From contig JBBISB010000001.1 of assembly GCA_037441475.1 (NCBI GenBank), forward strand, positions 6,418-38,417: a stretch of 32,000 nt of DNA, written 5' to 3'. The position numbers were made by a program, and so were the translations under genes. Source of the DNA: Candidatus Iainarchaeum sp. Lineage in GTDB: Archaea; Iainarchaeota; Iainarchaeia; Iainarchaeales; CSSED10-239. Positions 17,997-27,062 of the stretch are shown piece by piece. The stretch's first letter is position 1, and every line of letters begins with the position of its first letter. The notes under the pieces were generated by a model, which was given only the letters and a program-made list of their open reading frames with translations, did not search any database and was not told where the DNA came from.

Positions 17997-18881
17997 ATGA
18001 ATTTTTTAAATCTTTCAAAAGAACACTCTAGTAAAGAAAAATCAAAAATAGGAATTATTCCTATTCTTTACCAAGGTAAGGTTACTGTTGGAAGTGGTGC
18101 TTTTAAAGGACCTAAAGAAATTATAAAAGCTTCATATGAATTAGAATATTTTGATTGTGAAAATAATATTGAACCATATATTTTTGGAATACATACCTTA
18201 AAAGAAATTAATTTTTTAAAAAATAAAGAAAAAGATTTTTTTAAAATATCGCAAGATATCTTGGACAAAATATCTGTTGATATTTCTTATTTTGAATTTC
18301 CTATAATTTTAGGTTCAGACCATTCTACAACTTTCCCTGTAGTTTCTGCTTTTGAAAAAAAAGAAAATGATTTTGGGGTAATTGTTTTAGATGCTCATTC
18401 TGATTTAAGGGAACCTTGGGGAGAAGAAACATGGCATCATGCTTGTGTTTCAAGATATATTTCTAAAAATCATAAGATATTAATAGCTGGTGTAAGATCA
18501 CAGGACTTTTATGAAAAAGAGTTTTTAAAAACAAATGAAGGAAAAGATGTTTCTGTAATTTATGCAAAAGAGATGCATAAATCTTTTTTAGGTTTTAAAG
18601 AACAGTTAAAAAGACTTCCTAAAAAAATATTTTTATCCATAGATGTTGACTTTTTTGATCCTTCAGTTATAAGGAACACAAACACTCCTGAGCCTGGTGG
18701 TTTTACTTGGAACCAGACTTTAGAAATTCTAGAAATAATTTTTAAAGAAAAAACTGTTATTGGTACAGATATTGTTGAATTTTCACCAACAGGTGAAGAA
18801 TGGAATTATAAGAATGAAAGTTATTTTTTAGCAAAATTAGTGTACAAATTATGTGCTTTTAAGTTTAATAAACATAAATAA
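17997..18881 (+). CDS. speB: Arginase/agmatinase family ureohydrolase
   Basis: GSDHSTTFPV, VLDAHSDLREPWGEETWHHACVSR, SIDVDFFDPS, VEFSP. Confidence 0.85.
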   Translation: MNFLNLSKEHSSKEKSKIGIIPILYQGKVTVGSGAFKGPKEIIKASYELEYFDCENNIEPYIFGIHTLKEINFLKNKEKDFFKISQDILDKISVDISYFEFPIILGSDHSTTFPVVSAFEKKENDFGVIVLDAHSDLREPWGEETWHHACVSRYISKNHKILIAGVRSQDFYEKEFLKTNEGKDVSVIYAKEMHKSFLGFKEQLKRLPKKIFLSIDVDFFDPSVIRNTNTPEPGGFTWNQTLEILEIIFKEKTVIGTDIVEFSPTGEEWNYKNESYFLAKLVYKLCAFKFNKHK

Positions 18882-18931
18882 AAAGCTTTTTATACTTGTT
18901 CATAAATATAATATATAAAATCTGATTAATT

Positions 18932-20323
18932 ATGACAACATTACTATGGATTATTATTATTTTTGCATCATTATTTCTTTTAGCTCAAGCTTCTAGAAAA
19001 ATATTTAAAACAGATATTTTCTTAGGTCTTTTTATAATGACAAAGACAAAAAGATTTATACCTTTTTTAGATAAGCTTGCAAGACCTAAAAAATTATTAA
19101 ATAGCTTAGCAGACATAGGTATAGTTTTAGGTTTTGGTTCATTCGGTCTTGATTATGTTTTAAAAGAAAGAATAAATAAAACATATAAAAGAGTATTATT
19201 ATTTATAATTGCATCAATAGTTTTCACTTATGTTTCTTATTTAGGTTTAAGTGTAATGTTTAACAATAATCCAATGATATCTTATAACTTTTTAATATTT
19301 ATGTCAATATTAACAGGTCTTATGGGTCTTTCTGGTTTTACACTATCCTCATTAGTCTTTTCAGCATACGATATTATTATTAAATTATTTCAAGGAACAG
19401 CATCTTCTGCATGTCCTGGTGTTGGTTTAGTAATACCTGGTGTTAAAATGCCAAAGATAGATCTATTAATTCCATGGTATGGATGGATTATATTAATCTT
19501 TTCAGCAATTGTTCATGAGTTTGCACATGGTACAATGCTTAGAACCTTTAAAGCAAAAGTAAAGTCAATGGGTTTTATTTTAGCTGGTGTTTTACCGTTT
19601 GGTGCATTTGTTGAACCTGATGATAAAGAGCTTTCTAAAAAGAAAAATAGATCTATTTTAAGAATGCTTGCAGCAGGGCCTACTAGTAATGCAATAATAG
19701 CAATTATCTTTATAGTTATATACTTTTTAATGGCACCTGGTTTTTCAGATTTATCAAAGTCAATAGCAATGGATAGAGAAACACATCTTTTTGTAAACTC
19801 AGTTGATGAAAATTTATCTGTTTGTGGAACTGTCTTTGAAAGTCCTGCATATGGTGTTTTAGAAAAGAATGATTTAATTGTTTCAATTAATGATAAGCCC
19901 ATTAATAATAGGTATGACTTAATGGAAGCTACAAAACTTGATTACAATAACTCTTTTGTAGTTATGAACATGGATACTAATGTAGAAAGAGAAGTTTTCT
20001 TAACTGCAAATGAAATTGGTAGAATGGGTTTTACTTATAATTTAGGTTATGATCCTGATTATCAAGTTCCTAAAAAATATTATTGGTATAAAACATTATT
20101 ATCTGTTATTCTTTGGACAGCTATTTTAAATTTTTTAATAGCAACTGTAAATTTCCTTCCAACCTTCCCTTTTGATGGTGGAATGATGTCTAGAATAATC
20201 TTTGAAGGGTATTTACCTAAGAAAAAATCTGATGAAAAGAAGAGAATGAAAAGGATTTCAAGATTCTTTGGAACTTTAATAGTCATTTTACTACTATTAA
20301 ACATTATTCCTTATTTTTTATAG
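18932..20323 (+). CDS. Site-2-protease-like M50 membrane metalloprotease with PDZ-like insert
   Basis: HEFAHG, PxGAFVEPDDKEL, LAAGPTSNAI, TFPFDGG. Confidence 0.9.
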   Translation: MTTLLWIIIIFASLFLLAQASRKIFKTDIFLGLFIMTKTKRFIPFLDKLARPKKLLNSLADIGIVLGFGSFGLDYVLKERINKTYKRVLLFIIASIVFTYVSYLGLSVMFNNNPMISYNFLIFMSILTGLMGLSGFTLSSLVFSAYDIIIKLFQGTASSACPGVGLVIPGVKMPKIDLLIPWYGWIILIFSAIVHEFAHGTMLRTFKAKVKSMGFILAGVLPFGAFVEPDDKELSKKKNRSILRMLAAGPTSNAIIAIIFIVIYFLMAPGFSDLSKSIAMDRETHLFVNSVDENLSVCGTVFESPAYGVLEKNDLIVSINDKPINNRYDLMEATKLDYNNSFVVMNMDTNVEREVFLTANEIGRMGFTYNLGYDPDYQVPKKYYWYKTLLSVILWTAILNFLIATVNFLPTFPFDGGMMSRIIFEGYLPKKKSDEKKRMKRISRFFGTLIVILLLLNIIPYFL

Positions 20324-20916
20324 CTTAAATTTCTATAGATTTTTCTTAAGCTATCCATAACATTTTCAGAATTAGAAAGTTCTTTTGTTATTTCTTTTAA
20401 AGCTTCATTTTTAAAAAGATTTCTTTTATGTGAATCTTTTTTAAACTGAACTTTTGAAAGATTTTCAATATAATTTACAAAGTCAATATATATTGTTAAG
20501 GCATCTGGATTATTTGATGTACTCATTATTGAGTTTATGGATTTAATCATTGATTCTTGAATTTCAAGTTTTACAATGCTTTCTCTGTTTTCTTTCTTTT
20601 TTGCTATTATTTTTTTTAATTCTTTTCTAATAAGTTCGTTTAATTCTTTTTTAGATGTTTTTTCGGGTAGTATAAACTTAAAGCCTTTTAGCTCTCTACT
20701 TATGTCAATATTTTCAATATTTTTAATTTCTTTTACTTTAAGTCTTGCTTCTTTTCTTAAAGTCTCTCTTTCTTTGTATAATTTTTCTTTTTCATAACTT
20801 ATCTTTGAAATAGCTGATCTATCATTTTCAGAAATATATTTAATTTCTTTTTTTTGAGTTGAAGGAGTTTGTTTTAATCTTTTAATAGTTTCAGATGCAT
20901 AGTTTTTGACTGGCAT
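20311..20916 (-). CDS. Hypothetical coiled-coil-rich protein
   Basis: 201-aa ORF, convergent 13-nt overlap with the protease gene. Confidence 0.6.
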   Translation of the reverse strand: MPVKNYASETIKRLKQTPSTQKKEIKYISENDRSAISKISYEKEKLYKERETLRKEARLKVKEIKNIENIDISRELKGFKFILPEKTSKKELNELIRKELKKIIAKKKENRESIVKLEIQESMIKSINSIMSTSNNPDALTIYIDFVNYIENLSKVQFKKDSHKRNLFKNEALKEITKELSNSENVMDSLRKIYRNLSYKK

Positions 20917-20919
20917 ATT

Positions 20920-21324
20920 TCACTCAATTTTATATATTTCTTTTAATTTTAATAGATCTTCTTTAATATACCCTGTTTTAGGGAATGTTTTATAATTATC
21001 ATTATCTGTTCTAGGTAAGATATGGAAGTGAAGATGAAATACAGATTGTTCTGCAGACTTACCTGTTGCATTTAATATATTAACACCACTGGCAAGTCCT
21101 TTATTTACATAATGATTAGCTATTTTTTTTACACTCTTTAATACTTCTGATAAATAAAAATCATCTACATCTAATACATTTACATAATGTTTTTTAGGTA
21201 TAACGAGAGTGTGTCCTTTAACAACAGGATTAATATCTAAGAAGGCAAGAGTATATTCGTTTTCATATATTTTTATGCAAGGAATTTCTCCTTTTATGAT
21301 TTTACAAAAAATACATTCTTCCAT
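20920..21324 (-). CDS. HIT-family (histidine triad) protein
   Basis: CIFCKIIKGEIP, HTLVIPKKHY, HLHFHILPR. Confidence 0.95.
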   Translation of the reverse strand: MEECIFCKIIKGEIPCIKIYENEYTLAFLDINPVVKGHTLVIPKKHYVNVLDVDDFYLSEVLKSVKKIANHYVNKGLASGVNILNATGKSAEQSVFHLHFHILPRTDNDNYKTFPKTGYIKEDLLKLKEIYKIE

Positions 21325-21429
21325 TTTCTATCTTTTTTAAAATTAGTTTTTATAATCTTTTTTAAGTTTTGCGAGAATTTTTTTTAAAACCATTGAAACA
21401 ATGTCTGTAAACTTGGCGAGAAGTTTATG

Positions 21430-21501
21430 TGCACTCGCCGGGATTCGAACCCGGGTCCTAAGCTTGGAAGGCTCACATACTAACCACTATACTACGAGTG
21501 C
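21430..21501 (-). tRNA. tRNA-Gly (TCC)
   Basis: Cloverleaf GCACTCG...CTTCCAA...GGTTCGAATCC...CGAGTGC A; anticodon TCC. Confidence 0.95.
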
Positions 21502-21596
21502 TTTTTTTAATACTTTAAATGATAAAAAAAACTTTATCATTATAAATATTATATATAGATAAAGGTTTATATACTTTATCTATTTAATAATATATT

Positions 21597-22640
21597 ATGG
21601 GAGTTGCAATTGGAAAGTTAATAGAAGAATCAAAAATTAAGTTTGAAATAAACAATACTTATGCAAACAAACGATTTGGGTTTGATGCATATAATATTTT
21701 ATATCAGTTTCTAACAACCATAAGAGGAGTTGATGGTGAACCATTAAAAAACAAAGATGGAAAAATAACAAGCCACTTAAATGGTTTATTCTACAGAGTT
21801 TTAAATCTTCTTTCAAACAATATAGATATCTATTTTGTGTATGATGGAAAAAGCATAGACCTAAAACAAAAAACACAAGAAGAAAGAAGAAATAAAAAAG
21901 AAATTGCAAAAGAACAGTTTAAAGATGCAGTAGAGAGAGGAAATCTAGAAGATATGAATAAATTTTCAAAAAGAATAACCTCTATTAATGAAAAAATAAT
22001 TGAAGAATCAAAAGAACTTTTAGGATATATGGGTGTTTCAATAATAAATGCACCATCAGAAGCTGAAGCCCAGATATCATATATGACTAGAGAGGGTTTA
22101 CTTGATTTCACTGTTTCTCAAGATTTTGATTGTTTGCTATTTAACTCTCCTAACTTAGTTAGAAATTTAACAGTTTCTCAAAAGAAAAAAATTCCTTCAA
22201 AGAACATATATGTTGATGTTTTTCCTGAAATAATATATCTTAAGGACATTGAATCAAAATTAAATATAACAAGAGAAAAATTAATCTGGCTTTCAATGCT
22301 TATTGGTACTGACTTTAATGATAAGGTTGAAGGAATTGGTCCTAAGACCGCCTTAAAGCTTGTTATAGAAAATAATAGTTTTGAAAATATTGAAAAGATT
22401 TTAAAAGAAAAAAATAAAGAAGTTAATTTTGATTATAAAGAGATTGAAAATATTTTTAAAAATCCTATTGTTTCTAAAGAACCTGAAATTTTCAGATCTT
22501 CTTTTAATAGACAAAAGATAGAGGATATGCTTGTTAATAGGTTTGATTTTTCTAAAGAAAGAATAACAAATACTTTAGATAAATTTTCTAAAGAAAAAGA
22601 AGAAACAAATAAACAAAAGTCCTTAAGTAAGTGGTTTTAA
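21597..22640 (+). CDS. fen: Flap endonuclease 1, with C-terminal PCNA-interacting peptide
   Basis: FDAYNILYQFLTTIR, FVYDGK, APSEAEAQISYM, SQDFDCLLF, LIGTDFNDKVEGIGPKTA; C-terminus QKSLSKWF fits a PIP box. Confidence 0.96.
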   Translation: MGVAIGKLIEESKIKFEINNTYANKRFGFDAYNILYQFLTTIRGVDGEPLKNKDGKITSHLNGLFYRVLNLLSNNIDIYFVYDGKSIDLKQKTQEERRNKKEIAKEQFKDAVERGNLEDMNKFSKRITSINEKIIEESKELLGYMGVSIINAPSEAEAQISYMTREGLLDFTVSQDFDCLLFNSPNLVRNLTVSQKKKIPSKNIYVDVFPEIIYLKDIESKLNITREKLIWLSMLIGTDFNDKVEGIGPKTALKLVIENNSFENIEKILKEKNKEVNFDYKEIENIFKNPIVSKEPEIFRSSFNRQKIEDMLVNRFDFSKERITNTLDKFSKEKEETNKQKSLSKWF

Positions 22641-23428
22641 TGCAATCAAATACAGAGGTTTCAAGGTATATTCTTTCAAATATGGGTCGTCCTTTAAACT
22701 CAAGAGAATATAAACTTATGTTTGATCTAATATATGTGATGTATAAGCATCATTCTAAACAAGATATTTTAGCCTCTTTTAAATTTAATTTAGATTTTTT
22801 AGCTAAAAATAAATTAACTAAAATTAATTTAGGAAAAGAGGATAAGTTTGTTGTAAAAAGGTCTATTCCAACAGAAAATATTCATCAAGAATCTGTTATT
22901 GAATATAATGTTTTAAAAGATAGAAGTATAATATCAACATTTGGTTTTTATTTTCAAGTTGATGGTAATAAAAAAGTTACTTTAAACATAAGTAATATTC
23001 AAGGATATGTAAATAAAACACAGTATAATACAAAAGATCATGTTTTAAACTATAGTAAAAATCATTTAGAAAAATTAAGTTCAAAGCTTGGGGAAAACTG
23101 GAGAGTTAAAGTAGTTTCTTTTTTAAAAAAATATGCTGATAAGAATAACTATGATGTTGTTATGCAACTTCCTATGAATATAATACGTTTAGAAAAAGGA
23201 GAATATATAAGACAGATAAGGCAATATATACAGGCAGCTTTAAAAGCTGGTCTTTCAGAAAATCAAATATCTGCTGCCAGAGTTAATGATGCTGTTATTA
23301 AGGAAAAGATTAATAGTAATCTAGAAATTAAGAAAAAAAGGACTATAGATAATAGTAAAGTAATTGAAAATAAAAAAATAGAAAAAAGTGTTTTTGGTTT
23401 TAAAAAAATAAATAGTAGAAAAAAATAA
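22640..23428 (+). CDS. Hypothetical protein translationally linked to fen (ORF track starts at 22631; ATG at 22640 is more likely)
   Basis: ATG overlaps the fen TAA (TAATG); about 262 aa, no recognised family. Confidence 0.7.
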   Translation: MQSNTEVSRYILSNMGRPLNSREYKLMFDLIYVMYKHHSKQDILASFKFNLDFLAKNKLTKINLGKEDKFVVKRSIPTENIHQESVIEYNVLKDRSIISTFGFYFQVDGNKKVTLNISNIQGYVNKTQYNTKDHVLNYSKNHLEKLSSKLGENWRVKVVSFLKKYADKNNYDVVMQLPMNIIRLEKGEYIRQIRQYIQAALKAGLSENQISAARVNDAVIKEKINSNLEIKKKRTIDNSKVIENKKIEKSVFGFKKINSRKK

Positions 23429-23439
23429 AGTAGATAAAA

Positions 23440-23592
23440 CTACTTTACATTCTTTCCTTTCTTTTTAGCTCTAACTTTTATTGCACCGCATTTTTTACAG
23501 TATTCCATTTTCTTAGGGCTTCTCATTGTGTTGTTACATGACATACAAACCCACATGTTTTTTAATCTTCTTTCTTTTGCAACTGTTTCCAT
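23440..23592 (-). CDS. Ribosomal protein L40e-like zinc-ribbon protein
   Basis: METVAKERRLKNMWVCMSCNNTMRSPKKMEYCKKCGAIKVRAKKKGKNVK, matching L40e CxxC...CxxC architecture. Not in the supplied ORF track (under 60 aa). Confidence 0.75.
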   Translation of the reverse strand: METVAKERRLKNMWVCMSCNNTMRSPKKMEYCKKCGAIKVRAKKKGKNVK

Positions 23593-23799
23593 TTTATTTC
23601 ACCTTAATTTTTAAATGTTTTTAAATATTAATATATTATGTTATATATTTAACATACAAAAGGTATTTAAAATAAGAGTTTTTTATATAGAGCAAAAAAA
23701 CAAACAGTATATAAATAAATCGCTACTAATTTATATTATAACTACTTATAATAAAGTTCTTCTTTTAAAGTGGTTTTTTATTTAATTAGTGAAAATAAC

Positions 23800-23873
23800 G
23801 CTCTTGTGGTGTAGTCCGGTAATCATTCTGGCCTTTCAAGCCAGAGACTCGGGTTCGAATCCCGGCGAGAGCA
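23800..23873 (+). tRNA. tRNA-Glu (TTC)
   Basis: GCTCTTG...CTGGC CTTTCAA GCCAG...CGGGTTCGAATCCCG...CGAGAGC A. Confidence 0.95.
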
Positions 23874-23956
23874 TTTTGTTTTATATAAAAAAAACAAATT
23901 AATATTAATAAAAAAAGGAAAAAAAGATTAAGTTTAAAATTTAAAGGCGAAAATAC

Positions 23957-24088
23957 ATGGGAACTAGAAAAAAAGATTCAAGTAGATTTAAAAAAACCAA
24001 ATCCAGACAAAGATGGAAATGGAAGAAAAAGAAAATGAGAGAAACAACAAGAGAAAGAAGGTATTTAAGAAAGAGAGCTGCATCATAG
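23957..24088 (+). CDS. Very basic 43-aa protein
   Basis: MGTRKKDSSRFKKTKSRQRWKWKKKKMRETTRERRYLRKRAAS; lies between tRNA-Glu and the HIT gene, with purine-rich sequence upstream. Confidence 0.5.
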   Translation: MGTRKKDSSRFKKTKSRQRWKWKKKKMRETTRERRYLRKRAAS

Positions 24089-24139
24089 GGATAAAATGAT
24101 GCTCTTTTCTTTTTTTTCTTATTTTTAACTATTTTTATT

Positions 24140-24595
24140 ATGAAAGATTGTATTTTTTGTAAAATAGCAAGTAAAGAAATAGAATCTTCAATTGTTTATG
24201 AAGATAAAGACTTTATAGCTATACTTGATATTCATCCTAACACAGAAGGTCAAACTTTAGTTTTAACAAAGAAACATTACTCTTCTTATGTTTTTGATTT
24301 ACCTGATAAAGTTTATACTAAACTATTATTAGTTTCAAAGAAGGTTTCAAAGATTTTAGAAAAAGGTTTAAAGGTTAAAAAAGTTTCAATGGTTTTTGAA
24401 GGTCAAGGAGTAAATCATATACATACTAAACTTTATCCAATGCATAAAATTAATAATAAAAGGTTTGGAGAATTATCTGGAAATGTTTTTTTTAAAAAAT
24501 ATCCTTGGTATATAACCACTCTTGTTGGACCTTTTCAAGATGTAAAAAAAAGAGAAAAGACAGTTAAAAAAATTAAAAATAACTTAAATCAATGA
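24140..24595 (+). CDS. HIT-family protein, second copy
   Basis: CIFCKIASKEIESSIVYED, GQTLVLTKKHY, GQGVNHIHTKLYP. Confidence 0.9.
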   Translation: MKDCIFCKIASKEIESSIVYEDKDFIAILDIHPNTEGQTLVLTKKHYSSYVFDLPDKVYTKLLLVSKKVSKILEKGLKVKKVSMVFEGQGVNHIHTKLYPMHKINNKRFGELSGNVFFKKYPWYITTLVGPFQDVKKREKTVKKIKNNLNQ

Positions 24596-24610
24596 ATCAA
24601 TAGTAAAGTA

Positions 24611-24618
24611 TTTATATA
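24611..24618 (+). promoter_or_regulatory. Possible archaeal TATA box for the 16S transcription unit
   Basis: tttatata about 240 nt upstream of the 16S 5' end; position-based guess. Confidence 0.35.
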
Positions 24619-24855
24619 AGTTATGCTATTTTTTGTAATTTCCTAAGGGCAAAACGATTCCTTTAAAAACTTACCTCTACTAGTATTATTTTACTGCGTT
24701 AAGTTATTTAGCAAAGTAAAACTCAATTGACCTAATTTATTAGGAAAATATGAGGTCTCAAGTTATTTTGAGTCTGATGTGGAAGATAAGACGAAAACAT
24801 TTTTAGCAAAAACACTCTGTTTAGATTAAAAAGTGTGCAAATTTATTATAACCCA

Positions 24856-26350
24856 ATTCCAGCTGATCCTGCTGGTGGGTACTGCTATTGGAATCTGACT
24901 AAGACATGCAAGTCTGAAAGTCTCAGCTATGAGAGATTTTGGCGAACGGCTCAGTAACACGTAGTCAATCTACCCTTTTGAAGAGTTAAACTCGGGAAAC
25001 TGAGGATAATGCTCTATAGAAAAGTAAATCTGGAATGATTACTATTTGAAAGGTTAAAGGTTCATGCATCTTTAGCGCGAAAGGATGAGACTGCGCCAGA
25101 TTAGGTTGTTGGTAGGGTAACTGCCTACCAAGCCGAAGATCTGTACGGGCCTTGAGAGAGGGAGCCCGGAGAAGGGAACTGAGATAATGTCCCTAGCCCT
25201 ACGGGGTGCAGCAGTTACGAAACTTTTACAATGCGAGAAATCGTGATAAAGAGATTCCAAGTGCTTACTATGTAAGCTTTTATATAGTGTGAAAAACTAT
25301 GTGAATAAGGGGAGGGCAATATGCGTGCCAGCCGCCGCGGTAATACGTAATCCCCAAGTGGTATCCAGCATTATTTGGCTTAAAGCGTGTGTAGCTGGTT
25401 TGTTAAGTCTTTTGTGAAAGCAGCTAGCCTAACTAGTTGAATTGCAAAAGATACTAGCATGACTAGGAACCGGAAGACGTTAAGGGTATTTTTAGAGTAG
25501 GAGTAGAATCTTAAGATACTAAAAAGACCACCTGTGGCGAAGGCGCTTAACGAGTACGGATTCGACAGTAAGACACGAAAGCTGGGGGCGCAACCCGGAT
25601 TAGATACCCGGTTAGTCCCAGCCGTAAACGATGTGGATTAGGTGTTGGATTAACTACGAGTTAGTTCAGGGCCGAAGAGAAATCATTAAATCCACCGCCT
25701 GGGAAGTATGGTCGCAAGACTGAAACTTAATGGAATTGGCGGGGGTGCACTACAAGGGGTGGATGCTGCGGTTTAATTGGATGAAACGCCAGATATTTTA
25801 CCAGGGCTGACAGCAAGATGATGGTCACTCTAAAGGGGTTACCTGATGCGCTGAGAACTGCTGTATGGCCATCGTCAGCTCGTACTGTGAAGCTTCCTGT
25901 TAACTCAGGTAACGGGCGAGACCCATGTTATTAGTTGCTACTTCTTTTGCTTGCAAAAGAAGGCACTCTAATAAGACTGCATTGGTAACAATGAGGAAGG
26001 AGTGGGCGAAGGTAGGTCTGTATAGCGTGAATGTTCTGGGCAACACGCGGCATACAATGGCTAAGACAAAGAGTATCTAACCCGAAAGGGGGTGGCAATC
26101 TCAGAAACTTAGTCGAAGTCCGGATTGAGGGTTGCAACTCACCCTCATGAAGCTGGAATCCCCAGTAATCGCGTGTCACTATCACGCGGTGAATATGTCC
26201 CTGCGCCTTGCACACACCGCCCATCAAGCCAACCGAGTGGAGTGTGGATGAACTTTACTCTACTAAAGGTTAAAGTAATTCTATATTTCGCGAGGTAGAC
26301 TAAGTTGTAACAAGGTGTCCGTAGGGGAACCTGCGGACGGATCACCTCCT
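24856..26350 (+). rRNA. rrs: 16S ribosomal RNA (archaeal)
   Basis: 5' attccagctgatcctgctgg, gtgccagccgccgcggtaa, ggattagatacccggttagtcc, ggaattggcgggggtgcac, 3' ggatcacctcct. Confidence 0.98.
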
Positions 26351-26465
26351 ATTTTATAATTAATAACAATTATGTTATTATGACTAAAAGATTTTTTAAC
26401 AAAACTTTAAAATCTACTTTAAGAGTTATAAAAATGAATTTTTATTTTCTTCCACACATCAAAAT

Positions 26466-26489
26466 TTCTTAATTTTAAGAATTTTTTTT
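26466..26489 (+). terminator. Hairpin TTCTTAA/TTAAGAA followed by T8, downstream of 16S
   Basis: Read directly; AT-only stem with a minimal loop, so weak. Confidence 0.3.
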
Positions 26490-26635
26490 CTATTTTATGT
26501 GATGATATTTTTTAATTTATTTATCAGTCCATTTATTTTTTTAAAAAAATAGATTTTTGATTTAAAATTAATATGATGTGTTTATAAATATTTTTGTTCT
26601 ATAATATATATAATATATTTAAGTAAAAGTAATCA

Positions 26636-26708
26636 GGGCTCTTAGCTCAGCTGGTAGAGCGCGTCCCTTGCAAGGACGAGGCCGCGAGTTCGAATCTCGC
26701 AGAGTCCA
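26636..26708 (+). tRNA. tRNA-Ala (TGC)
   Basis: GGGCTCT...CGTCC CTTGCAA GGACG...GCGAG TTCGAAT CTCGC AGAGTCC A. Confidence 0.96.
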
Positions 26709-26710
26709 CT

Positions 26711-26730
26711 TAAGCTGGTTTCGGTCAGCT
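26711..26730 (+). promoter_or_regulatory. Perfect-stem hairpin (AAGCTG gtttcggt CAGCTT) directly after tRNA-Ala
   Basis: Read directly; a T-run follows about 8 nt later, so possible processing or termination element. Confidence 0.4.
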
Positions 26731-26821
26731 TGCACCCAATTTTTTTAATCAAATTAACAGGCGATTATTTAACATACTATTTTTTTAAAATTTTTAAAAT
26801 ACAAAAAAGAGGTAATAGAAT

Positions 26822-26977
26822 ATGAATACAGATAATTTCAATTTAGAAACAATACAAGCTGGTGATTGCGGATCTGATTCTTGTGGGTCTATGACACATA
26901 CAGATACTTTCCAAGTTGGATCTTGCGATTGTGGTAATAGTGGATGTTTTAGTCATAAAGAAATTTTAATGGCTTAA
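26822..26977 (+). CDS. Cysteine-rich 51-aa peptide of unknown function
   Basis: MNTDNFNLETIQAGDCGSDSCGSMTHTDTFQVGSCDCGNSGCFSHKEILMA, preceded by Shine-Dalgarno gaggtaa. Confidence 0.6.
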   Translation: MNTDNFNLETIQAGDCGSDSCGSMTHTDTFQVGSCDCGNSGCFSHKEILMA

Positions 26978-27062
26978 ATTTCTTTTTTCTTATTTTCTTT
27001 TTTTAAATACCTATTTATTTGTTTCTATCTACTATTATATCATTTAAAAAAATATAAAATGA

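Noticed and set aside
19513-20304. Minus-strand ORFs inside the M50 protease gene
   Set aside because: Shadow ORFs; the plus-strand frame has clear catalytic motifs.
25072-26345. Three minus-strand ORFs (25072-25260, 25931-26227, 26145-26345)
   Set aside because: All lie inside the 16S rRNA gene.
26489-26530. Possible C/D box RNA near GTGATGA downstream of 16S
   Set aside because: A box-C-like sequence is present, but no suitable box D (CTGA) follows on the same strand.
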